From positions 108,580 to 172,579 of the forward strand of contig CBINHC010000007.1 in assembly GCA_966250385.1 (NCBI GenBank): a DNA stretch of 64,000 nt. The letters are read 5' to 3'. Numbering within the stretch: position 1 is the stretch's first letter; each line of letters begins with the position of its first letter. The notes beneath the pieces were generated by a model, which saw only the letters and a program-made list of their open reading frames with translations, searched no databases and was not told the DNA's origin. The position numbers and the translations under genes are program-made. Origin of the DNA: an uncultured Sphingobacteriaceae bacterium. GTDB lineage: Bacteria > Bacteroidota > Bacteroidia > Sphingobacteriales > Sphingobacteriaceae. Of this stretch, positions 8,321-17,420 are shown piece after piece.

Positions 8321-11300
8321 ATGAGAATAAAATACACACCCTCAGGAAGATTCTCCGGGATCTTTTCTGCTCTGTTGATCTCATTCATCCTGGGTATTAT
8401 TTCACCGGCCAGTGCACAGTATTTCGGCCAGAACAAGGTCAGGTACAAGAACCTGAAATTCAAGGTCTACCAAAGCCCGCATTACGACCTGTATTACTAT
8501 CTGAAGAATGACAGCGCCGTCAAGAGCTTCATCAAGGAAGCCGAGGTCTGGTATGATATGCATCAGCAGGTTTTCAGGGATACCTTTACCCGCAAGAACC
8601 CGATCATCCTGTACAACAACCACCCGGACTTCCAGCAAACCACGGCGATCCAGGGAGAGATCAGTGTAGGAACCGGCGGGGTTACCGAGGGTATGAAAAA
8701 CCGGGTGGTCATGCCGATCATGCAGTCCCGGCAGCAGACCCGGCACGTCCTGGGCCACGAGCTTGTCCACGCATTTCAGTACCACAGCCTCATCGAAAGC
8801 GACTCCACGCAGCTGGAAAATATCGGGAACATTCCGCTGTGGATGGTCGAAGGGATGGCTGAGTACCTTTCCGTCGGGAAAGTAGATGCGTTTACCGCCA
8901 TGTGGATGCGGGATGCTTATCTGAATAAAGACATTCCGAGTCTCCGCCAGCTGACCACTTCCAGCCGGTACTTCCCGTACCGTTACGGTCAGGCATTCTG
9001 GGCCTATCTGGGTTCCACCTACGGCGATACGATCATCGTTCCGTTCTTCAGACAGACTGCGCGTGTCGGCTATGAGAACGCCATCAAGAGAACCTTCGGA
9101 TACGACGAAAGAACGTTGTCAAACCTGTGGCGCACCAGTATCGAAAATGCCTACAGGCCCTATGCGAAAGATACGGTGAACCAGCCGGTCGGTAAACGGG
9201 TGATCGACAGCAAGAACGCCGGTGAAATGAACGTCGCTCCGGCCGTATCGCCGGATGGAAAATACATTGCATTTCTTTCGGAAAAAGAACTGCTGAGCAT
9301 CGACCTGTTCCTGGCCGAAGCCCAAACCGGTAAGATCCTGCGGAAGCTCACCAGCAAGACCACCAACACGCACATCGACGAATTCAGTTTCATCGAATCC
9401 GCCGGAGCGTGGTCCCCTGACAGCAAACAATTCGCATTCAGCGCATTCAGCGGCGGACGTAACAAGCTGCTGATCGTTGACGTCGCCTCCGGGAAGAACG
9501 TACTCACACAGGCGATGGGCCAGGTTGAAGAATTTTCGAACCTGACTTGGTCACCGTCCGGGGACGAAATCGCATTTGCGGGGCTGAAGGAAGGTCAGAC
9601 AGACCTGTACACTTTCAATCTGAAAACCAAGACCCTCACGCAGCTGACCAATGACGATTTCTCCGACAACCAGCCGGGATACTCGAGTGACGGCCGGAAG
9701 ATCGTCTTCACGTCCGACCGGACCACCCAGAACAGCGCGGACCAGGGTGTACACATATCCTATAACCTGGCCGTCATCGACCTGGATACGAAGGCGATTA
9801 CCGATATCACCGTCTTTGACGGTGCCAACAACCTGAATCCGCAGTTCTCAGCGGACAACCAGTCGATCTACTTCCTGTCAAACCGTGACGGTTTCCGGAA
9901 TCTCTACCGGTATAACCTGGCCGATCAGTCAGTGGTCCAGCTGACACGGTACTTTACCGGTATTTGCGGAATCACTGAATATTCGCCGGCCCTGAGTGTT
10001 TCACGGAACGACGATATCATCTACTCCTTCTACCGGGCTCAGAAGTATGCGATCTATAACGCCCGCCCGGATGAGTTCACGCCGGATACCGTCGAGTCGA
10101 ATGCTGTTGATTTTACCGCGGCTACTTTGCCGCCGCCCCAGTCGGTCGGCGTAAATATCATCAACGCCAACCTGGATAACTTTGAGCGGTTCGAGCAGAT
10201 CGAAACGGATTCCATTCAGCATATCCCGTACCGGCCGAAATTCAAGCTGGATTATCTGGCCAACACCGGTGTCGGAACATCGGTCGGCCAGTTCGGAGCC
10301 GGGCTGTCCGGCGGTGTTCAGGGTATTTTCAGCGATATCCTCGGCCGGAACCAGATCTATGCGGCAGCCGCAGTGAACGGAGAAATTTACGATTTCGGCG
10401 GACAGACTGCCTATATCAACCAGCAGAACCGGATAAACTGGGGGATCGGAGTATCGCATATCCCGTATATCTCTGCCTCGCTGTCAGATGGTTTCGAAAC
10501 ACTGAATCTGGGCGGAACACCGGTAAACACGTACCGGTCGAGCTACGATGTGATCCGCAGATTCGAAGACCAGGTGCAGGTGTTCGCCTCCTACCCTTTC
10601 TCCAGGATCCACCGCTTCGAGGCCGGCGCCTCTGCAGCGATGTACTCCTACCGGGTAGACCGCTACAGTGAATACTATACCTATGAATCCGATAATTCGG
10701 GGCGGATCTTCCTGACAGGCGGGCTTGGTGCTGACCGGCGGAAGGTTTCCCTGGATGAGGCGAACGAGTACTATAACCGTTATGGAATGAATTTTCAGCA
10801 GTTCTCGATCATCGGCCTGAATGCTGCCCTGGTGGGTGACAACTCCTACTTCGGTATCACCAGTCCCCTGTCCGGTTTCCGGTACCGCCTTGGTATTACG
10901 CAATATACAGGTGACTTTAATTTCGGAACCCTCACGGCCGACCTTCGCCGCTATGTCCGGGTCGCTCCGTTCACCTTCGCGGTTCGGGGATTAAGCAGCA
11001 CCCGCTTTGGCGCCGACCAGGATAACATCATCGGGCAATTCATCGGCTACCCTTATTTCATCAGGGGATATGAAGCGAACTCGTTTTATAAAAGAGGCGG
11101 GAACAGCGGCAACGGATTCGGTATAGACCAGCTGGTGGGTACCAAGATCGCAGTAGCTAATTTTGAAGTAAGACTGCCGTTCACGGGTCCCGAACGACTG
11201 ACTGCGATCGAATCCAAATATCTGTTTTCAGACCTCAATGCCTTTTTTGATATCGGTCTTGCCTATAACCGGAATTCAACCGTCGCATTCCGCAGGGAAC

Positions 11301-11500
11301 CGCGACTGATCCAGGCCGGCGTTGATCCGACTGGTGCACCGATCAACACCTATGAACGGGTACCGGCAATGAGTGCCGGTATTTCCTTACGTGTTAACGT
11401 ATTCGGATACTTCGTCCTGGAACCCTACTATGCATTCCCGTTCCAGCGGACGGACGTGAACGGGGGAATCTTCGGACTGACATTCGCCCCGGGCTGGTAA
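8321..11500 (+). CDS. Secreted multidomain protein: MA-clan HExxH peptidase-like domain + PD40 (TolB-like) beta-propeller repeats + Omp85-like C-terminal beta-barrel
   Basis: Start taken at ATG 8321, which gives a signal peptide (MRIKYTPSGRFSGIFSALLISFILGIISPASAQ). HELVH at nt 8756-8770 followed by EGMAEY. Five PD40-type repeats (SPDGKYIAFLS, WSPDSKQFAFSA, WSPSGDEIAFAG, YSSDGRKIVFTS, FSADNQSIYFLS). The C-terminal ~430 aa has beta-strand alternation and ends ...GLTFAPGW (terminal aromatic residue). Confidence 0.8.
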   Translation: MRIKYTPSGRFSGIFSALLISFILGIISPASAQYFGQNKVRYKNLKFKVYQSPHYDLYYYLKNDSAVKSFIKEAEVWYDMHQQVFRDTFTRKNPIILYNNHPDFQQTTAIQGEISVGTGGVTEGMKNRVVMPIMQSRQQTRHVLGHELVHAFQYHSLIESDSTQLENIGNIPLWMVEGMAEYLSVGKVDAFTAMWMRDAYLNKDIPSLRQLTTSSRYFPYRYGQAFWAYLGSTYGDTIIVPFFRQTARVGYENAIKRTFGYDERTLSNLWRTSIENAYRPYAKDTVNQPVGKRVIDSKNAGEMNVAPAVSPDGKYIAFLSEKELLSIDLFLAEAQTGKILRKLTSKTTNTHIDEFSFIESAGAWSPDSKQFAFSAFSGGRNKLLIVDVASGKNVLTQAMGQVEEFSNLTWSPSGDEIAFAGLKEGQTDLYTFNLKTKTLTQLTNDDFSDNQPGYSSDGRKIVFTSDRTTQNSADQGVHISYNLAVIDLDTKAITDITVFDGANNLNPQFSADNQSIYFLSNRDGFRNLYRYNLADQSVVQLTRYFTGICGITEYSPALSVSRNDDIIYSFYRAQKYAIYNARPDEFTPDTVESNAVDFTAATLPPPQSVGVNIINANLDNFERFEQIETDSIQHIPYRPKFKLDYLANTGVGTSVGQFGAGLSGGVQGIFSDILGRNQIYAAAAVNGEIYDFGGQTAYINQQNRINWGIGVSHIPYISASLSDGFETLNLGGTPVNTYRSSYDVIRRFEDQVQVFASYPFSRIHRFEAGASAAMYSYRVDRYSEYYTYESDNSGRIFLTGGLGADRRKVSLDEANEYYNRYGMNFQQFSIIGLNAALVGDNSYFGITSPLSGFRYRLGITQYTGDFNFGTLTADLRRYVRVAPFTFAVRGLSSTRFGADQDNIIGQFIGYPYFIRGYEANSFYKRGGNSGNGFGIDQLVGTKIAVANFEVRLPFTGPERLTAIESKYLFSDLNAFFDIGLAYNRNSTVAFRREPRLIQAGVDPTGAPINTYERVPAMSAGISLRVNVFGYFVLEPYYAFPFQRTDVNGGIFGLTFAPGW

Positions 11501-11514
11501 ACCCGGACAAATGC

Positions 11515-11551
11515 AACAGGAAAAGAGTCTTAACAGGCTCTTTTCCTGTTT
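11515..11551. terminator. Bidirectional hairpin terminator between convergent genes
   Basis: AACAGGAAAAGAG (11515-11527) pairs perfectly with CTCTTTTCCTGTT (11538-11550). 13-bp stem, T after it on +, and it overlaps the stop of the minus-strand GIY-YIG gene. Confidence 0.75.
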
Positions 11552-11891
11552 AGGAGAAACTCATCCGCGGATAATTAACCTGGACTCCCGGGCGCATCAT
11601 CCGTTCGAAATTAAGTCCGATCATCAGGTTCAGCCAATCCGGGTTCACCGAGCGGATCAGACGGTCCTTCTGCATACGGGTAAACTTCCCGATCAGTTTG
11701 AACCGCTGCATCGCGTCGGCCTCTGTATTCAGTTCTTCAAAATATACTAATCTGGTTAGCTGCTGAGCGGAGTCGAAAAACAGGTTCGGCATCTGCCGGT
11801 AGAATTCCATGGTCTGGCTCAGATCAGAACTCATACCCACGTGCAGGGTGCTTCGGTTGCGGTCAGTTACAATAAAAACGTATTTTTTCAT
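11550..11891 (-). CDS. GIY-YIG (URI) domain family protein, degenerate catalytic motifs
   Basis: From MKKYVFIVTDRNRSTLHVGMSSDL ... LVYFEELNTEADAMQRFKLIGKFTRMQKDRLIRSVNPDWLNL. Same block order as the common Bacteroidota GIY-YIG proteins (YVYILT..LYTGVT..L, LVYYEEF, EKQIKKWSR.KK..LI...NP.W.DL). YIG is replaced by HVG and the Arg after it is absent. Confidence 0.7.
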   Translation of the reverse strand: MKKYVFIVTDRNRSTLHVGMSSDLSQTMEFYRQMPNLFFDSAQQLTRLVYFEELNTEADAMQRFKLIGKFTRMQKDRLIRSVNPDWLNLMIGLNFERMMRPGVQVNYPRMSFS

Positions 11892-11946
11892 CTTAAAATG
11901 CTCTATGCTGCTCACCAGCGTTTGTAAATCCAAAAACAATTACTAA

Positions 11947-11962
11947 TTTTATGAGCATAAAA
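11947..11962. promoter_or_regulatory. Candidate operator palindrome in the GIY-YIG / LexA-like divergent promoter
   Basis: TTTTATG-AG-CATAAAA: 7-bp perfect inverted arms, 39 nt upstream of the repressor ATG. Related ATGCT/AGCAT half-sites at 11898-11902, 11905-11909 and 11977-11981. Confidence 0.4.
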
Positions 11963-12000
11963 GTACTAAAGTTTTTAGCATTTGCAAAAATATTTTCAAA

Positions 12001-12771
12001 ATGTCCAACATCTCATCAAACCTCAAGTACCTCCGCAAGAAAAAAGGGCTTACCCAGCAGCAATTTGCTGATCAACTAGAAATTAAGCGCTCCCTGGTCG
12101 GTGCTTATGAGGAGGACCGGGCGGAGCCTAAATACGAATTGCTAAAAAAATTCGCATTATTCTATGAGTTGTCCATGGACGAGCTGATCAATGAAAAGAT
12201 CGATGATAAATGGAAACCAAAGCCGAAGGCCGATTCATCGAACCTGAGGATACTCAGCATCTCGGTCGATCAGCACGACCGGGAAAACATCGAACTGGTC
12301 CCTGTAAAAGCCAGTGCCGGATACCTGAACGGCTATGCTGATCCTGAGTTCATCAGCGAATTACCCAAGTTCAACCTGCCCATGCTTAAGCAGGGCACCT
12401 TCCGGGCTTTTGAGATCAAAGGAGATTCGATGCTTCCACTTCCTTCAGGAACGATCATTATCGGGGAATACGTCGAAAACTGGACCGACCTGAAACAGGG
12501 TGAGACCTATGTGATCATCAGCCAGTCCGAGGGCGTGGTCTACAAGCGGATAGGAAGCAAGTTTAAAGAGGGCAAGGGCCTTAAGCTGGTATCCGACAAT
12601 CCGGTCTATGAACCATACACCATACCTGCAGAAGATATCGTGGAGGTCTGGAAGGCAAAAGCCTATATCAGTACGGAGTTTCCGGAACCGGCACCTGAAC
12701 CAACCCTGGAGACGCTGACCTCCATGATGGCACAGATGCAGAAATCCATTTCCGGACTGCAGGCAAAATAA
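12001..12771 (+). CDS. XRE-type HTH + S24 peptidase repressor (non-canonical LexA / CI-like)
   Basis: N-terminal HTH LRKKKGLTQQQFADQLEIKRSLVGAYE. Candidate Ala-Gly self-cleavage site in PVKASAGYLNGY. S24 nucleophile motif GDSMLP and Lys in VVYKRI. About 45 aa of extra C-terminal tail. Confidence 0.85.
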   Translation: MSNISSNLKYLRKKKGLTQQQFADQLEIKRSLVGAYEEDRAEPKYELLKKFALFYELSMDELINEKIDDKWKPKPKADSSNLRILSISVDQHDRENIELVPVKASAGYLNGYADPEFISELPKFNLPMLKQGTFRAFEIKGDSMLPLPSGTIIIGEYVENWTDLKQGETYVIISQSEGVVYKRIGSKFKEGKGLKLVSDNPVYEPYTIPAEDIVEVWKAKAYISTEFPEPAPEPTLETLTSMMAQMQKSISGLQAK

Positions 12772-12824
12772 CACCGGTATGGTCCGGCGAACCTGAGAGC
12801 CTTCTTTCCGGTCGTCATAGCGAA

Positions 12825-12860
12825 TAAAAAAACGGGTCTGAAAGTATCAGACCCGTTTTG
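12825..12860. terminator. Bidirectional rho-independent terminator
   Basis: ACGGGTCTGA (12832-12841) / TCAGACCCGT (12847-12856), flanked by an A-run upstream and TTT downstream. Lies between the convergent lexA-like and susD-like genes. Confidence 0.85.
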
Positions 12861-12893
12861 TATTTACTCCTGCCGGGCAGGAAAACTCACGAC

Positions 12894-14300
12894 CTATTGG
12901 GCATAGCCCGGATTCTGTGAGATGTTTGGATTCGCATCCCGTTCAGACTGCGGAATCGGCCCCCAGCGCTGATCGTTGGAATAAGGAATATTGCGGATTG
13001 CATAAATACCGCCAGTGCGCTCAATCGTTCTCTGTAAGCGGTTCAGATCATAGAAGCGGTCACCTTCAAATGCCAGTTCCTTACGGCGTTCGGTAATGAT
13101 ATCTTCAAGCAGCTGGTTTCCTACTGATATATATATCAGGGACGGATCCCGGCGGGCCATCAGCGCATTCAGATAAACGAGAGCCTGCGGATCAGACAGT
13201 CGCTGTGCAGCTTCTGCAGCAATCAGATATACTTCGGAAAGACGGATGACCTTCTTGTCATCGCGATCGCCGCTTGCCGCCTTGTACTTGGTTACGATAA
13301 AAGCAGACTGTTCGCCGCCTGCGCGTGGTCCGGGGGTAATGAGTGTCCGCCGTACATCATCACTCGAATATAATGCGTACAACGCTTCATTAGCGATCAG
13401 ATCTCCGTAACCGGCCTGTGAATAGATATATCCCAGCTCATCAGTCCCTGCGTTCAGCGTAGCATCTGCCGAAACCTCAAACAGAGTCTCTGTTTTATTG
13501 CTTGCGGTATTACCGGCAGTATTTGCCCAATACGCAGCGAAGTTGGCCGGGGTAACCAGTGTAAAGCCGCTGTTGTCGATCACATCTGTTGCGAATGCCA
13601 GCGCCTGGGTATTGTTACCCATATAAAGCGACACCTTCGCCGCGAGTGCCCGGGCGGCAAACTTTGAGAAACGGGTTGAACCTGAATACACGGTCTGCAG
13701 CGTATACGCTTTGTCCAGGTCCGACAGGATCTGGTCGTATACCTCTTTCACCGTATTTCTGGCAGGTTTCAGCAAAGGATCATAGGCCAGCACCAGGGGT
13801 ACGCCGGGTCCGTTCGGATTGTCGGTATAAGGACGGGCGAAACTGCGGACCAGCTGAAAATACATCAGGGCGCGCAGGGAATAAGCCTCCCCTTTATACT
13901 GGTCGACATTCGGGCTTGACGGGATCGTCGAATTAATGATGTTGTTGGCCCGGAGAATGACACTGTAAGCGGAGTTCCACATTCCTTCATAATCCGAGTT
14001 TGCATTCGTGATATTGTAGTTGTTGAACGGGAAATAACGACCTGAATTCTTTGAAGAAATGAAGACGTTATCCGCCGCAAGGTCCCCGATGACCGGAATT
14101 GTGCGGCCATACAGGTTGACGCTTCTTAGCCCGGCATACCCGCCGCGCAGCGCATTCAACATATCTGTTTCGGTCTTTACCGCTGCATCAGGGGTCACCT
14201 GTGTATAAGGCTCCTGATCCAGGAAGTCATCGGAGCAGGCCCCCAGTAAGAAGGTCGCAACAAGCCCCGACAATAGTATATTCTTATAGTTTCTTTTCAT
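12894..14300 (-). CDS. SusD/RagB family nutrient-binding outer-membrane lipoprotein
   Basis: Lipoprotein signal LLGACSDDFLDQEP. TPR-like helical composition. Sits immediately downstream of a SusC-type receptor (19-nt gap). Confidence 0.9.
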   Translation of the reverse strand: MKRNYKNILLSGLVATFLLGACSDDFLDQEPYTQVTPDAAVKTETDMLNALRGGYAGLRSVNLYGRTIPVIGDLAADNVFISSKNSGRYFPFNNYNITNANSDYEGMWNSAYSVILRANNIINSTIPSSPNVDQYKGEAYSLRALMYFQLVRSFARPYTDNPNGPGVPLVLAYDPLLKPARNTVKEVYDQILSDLDKAYTLQTVYSGSTRFSKFAARALAAKVSLYMGNNTQALAFATDVIDNSGFTLVTPANFAAYWANTAGNTASNKTETLFEVSADATLNAGTDELGYIYSQAGYGDLIANEALYALYSSDDVRRTLITPGPRAGGEQSAFIVTKYKAASGDRDDKKVIRLSEVYLIAAEAAQRLSDPQALVYLNALMARRDPSLIYISVGNQLLEDIITERRKELAFEGDRFYDLNRLQRTIERTGGIYAIRNIPYSNDQRWGPIPQSERDANPNISQNPGYAQ

Positions 14301-14319
14301 AATATTAATTCTTCACCGA

Positions 14320-17300
14320 TTAAAGTCCAATATTTAAACCAACAGTGTACAGTTTGGGCAGGTACACATCCAGGTTAGTCGCGCTGGAAATTCCGCCTGC
14401 TTCAGGATCCCATGGCAGGTTCTCATCCTTAACCCATGTCCAGACGTTGGTACCGCGAACATAGATCTTGGCATTTTCAACCTTGGCGCGGGAAAGAAGG
14501 CTTTTAGGCAGACTGTAACCCAGGGTCACCTCTCTCAGCCGCATGTAATCTCCTTTATAGAAATAACGGCTGGAGATCGAGTTTGAACTGTTTGCGCCTC
14601 CGTAAACATATTTAGGAACATTCGTGATGTCGCCAGGCTTCTGCCATCTTTTTAACTGGGAAGCCACCCGGTTGAAAGTGGAGTTGTAACCGTCACTCTG
14701 GGTATAGTTAGCCCATCCGTCCCGTACCAGGTTACCGAAGTTATAGTACAGTAATCCGTCAAGGCTAAAGCCCCTGTAAGTAAAAGTGGAACCAAAGCTT
14801 CCGAAATAATCAGGTGAAGCAGATCCGATCATCGCCCGCTGCGCCTGGTTGTAGGAGGTTGTGGTAGCTGACCGGGTCTCGTCTGTATACCAGGTCGGAA
14901 CGCCTGTGGCGGGATCAGCTCCGGCCCAGATAGGCACGTAGAAGGTCTGGTAGTCGTAACCGACTCTTCTCAGGTATGGGCTTGACAGGATATCGCGGTT
15001 GTCAACCAGGGCCACCAGTTCATTTTTGTTATGGGAAATGTTAAAGGAAGCATCCCATTTGAAGTCGCCGGCTATTACCGGAGTTCCTGAAAGTGTCAGC
15101 TCAAAACCCTGGTTCTTGATCGAACCCACATTGTTGGTATATCCGGTGAAACCGCTGGTACGCGAAAGCGGTTCATTGAGCAACAGGCTTGACGTAGTCC
15201 GCGTGTACCATTCAATCGATGCATTCAACCGGTTTTGCAGGAATCCCAGGTCCAGACCGATATCAAGCGGTTTGTTGATTTCCCAGGTCAGATCCGGGTT
15301 ACCAACCGCAACCGGAGCGCTTCCTGTAGAGCCGAGGTAGTTGTAGGCCGATCCGTAACCGTATAATGGTCTCCAGTCGTAGTTACCGATATCGGCGTTA
15401 CCGTTAACACCATAAGAGCCTCTGATCTTCAACTGGCTGATCCAGTCGTATTTCTTGATGAACTCTTCCTGTTCAGCATTCCAGGATGCCCCCACTGACC
15501 AGAAATTACCATACCGGTTGTTGGAACCGAATCTGGATGATCCGTCACGGCGGAAACTACCGGAGAGTACGTACTTGTTCTGATATGATACGTTACCGAT
15601 TGCCAGCCATGATGTGAACGCGTAATCGCTGTTCGAGCCGGAAGCATTCTGGTAGATTGAACCTGCGGAAGGAACCGTGATGTCCAGGTTGGTAGGCAGA
15701 CCGTAGGCAATAACGTTGGAGTTGTAGCTTTTCGACTGTTGTGCTTCGTAACCGCCCTTGAAATTGGCGATCAGGTTGTTGTTTTTCAGGACATCCCAGG
15801 TATAATCCAACAGACTGGTGGAAACCCAGTTGAAATACCGGGTATAGTACCTGTAAGAACGACCGCTGTCGTTCCGGCCGTCGCCATGATAAGGGTTATT
15901 GTAGGAATCTTCTTCCATGTTATTATAGTCGATTCCGTATTTGCTGCTGAATTTCAGGTTAGGAAGGATTTTGTACTCTGCGGAAATCGTTCCAAGCCCT
16001 TTCATGAAATTCGAGTTTTTCTTATCCATGCTGGCGATTGCCACAGGGTTAAATAAACTTCCAGCAGGAAAATCCGGGCCGGTGATGTTCGGGGTGCCGT
16101 CCGCATTGTATGGGCTATACATCGGAAGCAGGAAGTACGCGTTCAACACCGGGTTGGCGAATAAGCCGCCGCTGCCAGGACCGAACTGCCCCGAATTGGA
16201 TACCATGGCATTGGCTGTAAAGCTCAGTTTGTCTGTAGCCTGGTGGTTAACGTTTACATTACCGGAAGCACGGTTGAATTCGGATGCGTCGACGACACCT
16301 TGCTGCTTAAAGTATCCGCCGGACACATTGAACTGAGTCTTCTCGTTACCTCCGTTTGCGGAAAGGTTGTATTGCATCTGCTGGCCGGTACGGGTGACCA
16401 CGTCCATCCAGTTGGTGTTGACACCGTTGTTGGTCCGGAAATTGGCGTCCACGAATGCACCGACATTCTCAGGAGTCAGGGAATAGGTCTGCACATAAGC
16501 GGGCGCATTCAAAAATCCTTCGGCCGTAAGTTCCTTCCACTCGGAAGTGGTGAGCGGCCGGTTGGCTTCACTCTGGTATCCGACATCGGCCATACCGTAC
16601 TCAACATCAGCGCGGAACCTGGTCTTACCGGCTTTACCCTTCTTGGTAGTGATCAGAATAACGCCGTTTGCTGCACGGGAACCGTAGATGGATGACGCTG
16701 ATGCGTCTTTCAGCACCGAAATACTTTCGATGTCATTGGGGTTGATCCCGGAGAGTGCATTGGCGGTCGTTGTGTTTCGAGAAAGGTCACCTGAGTTCAG
16801 GGGAACGCCGTCCACAACGTACAAAGGCGCTGCACCGGCATTGATCGAGCCTATGCCGCGGATGCGGACCTGCTGAATGGACCCGGGTTGTCCGGAACCA
16901 CCGACAGACTGAAGTCCGGCAACCCTGCCCTGAAGTGCTTTGTCAAATGAAGACAACGGCACATTTTCAAGTTCACCACCGCCTACCTGGGTGATGGCAC
17001 CGGTAGTGGTAGTCTTCGTCTGGCTTCCGTAACCGGTCACAACGACTTCCGACAGCTGCTTGGCATCCGGCACCAGCCGGACGGTCAGCGCCGATTGGGA
17101 TCCGAGCGTAACGTCCTGGGACTTGTAACCGATATAAATGAAGGTCAGTGCAGTTGTTCCCGGCTGCACCTGGACCGAAAAGTTTCCGCTACCATCCGTT
17201 GAGGTACCCGAGTTGGTACCCTTTACTCGAACAGAAACTCCGGGAAGCGGAAGGCCGTCGTCGGCGCCGACCACTTTACCTGTGATGGTCCTATTCTGGG

Positions 17301-17361
17301 CATAAGCAGTAGTAACCGCTAAGACGCTCAGTAACAGAAAAGTTAGTAATTTTTGTTTCAT
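14320..17361 (-). CDS. SusC/RagA family TonB-linked outer-membrane receptor
   Basis: 1013 aa. Signal peptide, CarboxypepD_reg-like N-domain (ITGKVVGADDGLPLPGVSVRVKGT), SEVVVTGYG linker, plug motifs (ISVLKDASASSIYGSRAANGVILITTKKG) and a large barrel. Confidence 0.93.
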   Translation of the reverse strand: MKQKLLTFLLLSVLAVTTAYAQNRTITGKVVGADDGLPLPGVSVRVKGTNSGTSTDGSGNFSVQVQPGTTALTFIYIGYKSQDVTLGSQSALTVRLVPDAKQLSEVVVTGYGSQTKTTTTGAITQVGGGELENVPLSSFDKALQGRVAGLQSVGGSGQPGSIQQVRIRGIGSINAGAAPLYVVDGVPLNSGDLSRNTTTANALSGINPNDIESISVLKDASASSIYGSRAANGVILITTKKGKAGKTRFRADVEYGMADVGYQSEANRPLTTSEWKELTAEGFLNAPAYVQTYSLTPENVGAFVDANFRTNNGVNTNWMDVVTRTGQQMQYNLSANGGNEKTQFNVSGGYFKQQGVVDASEFNRASGNVNVNHQATDKLSFTANAMVSNSGQFGPGSGGLFANPVLNAYFLLPMYSPYNADGTPNITGPDFPAGSLFNPVAIASMDKKNSNFMKGLGTISAEYKILPNLKFSSKYGIDYNNMEEDSYNNPYHGDGRNDSGRSYRYYTRYFNWVSTSLLDYTWDVLKNNNLIANFKGGYEAQQSKSYNSNVIAYGLPTNLDITVPSAGSIYQNASGSNSDYAFTSWLAIGNVSYQNKYVLSGSFRRDGSSRFGSNNRYGNFWSVGASWNAEQEEFIKKYDWISQLKIRGSYGVNGNADIGNYDWRPLYGYGSAYNYLGSTGSAPVAVGNPDLTWEINKPLDIGLDLGFLQNRLNASIEWYTRTTSSLLLNEPLSRTSGFTGYTNNVGSIKNQGFELTLSGTPVIAGDFKWDASFNISHNKNELVALVDNRDILSSPYLRRVGYDYQTFYVPIWAGADPATGVPTWYTDETRSATTTSYNQAQRAMIGSASPDYFGSFGSTFTYRGFSLDGLLYYNFGNLVRDGWANYTQSDGYNSTFNRVASQLKRWQKPGDITNVPKYVYGGANSSNSISSRYFYKGDYMRLREVTLGYSLPKSLLSRAKVENAKIYVRGTNVWTWVKDENLPWDPEAGGISSATNLDVYLPKLYTVGLNIGL

Positions 17362-17420
17362 CTTGTGGTGTTTTGGTTTAAGTGATACTATTAAAATGCA
17401 AGATATTGAAGGGAAAGTAC

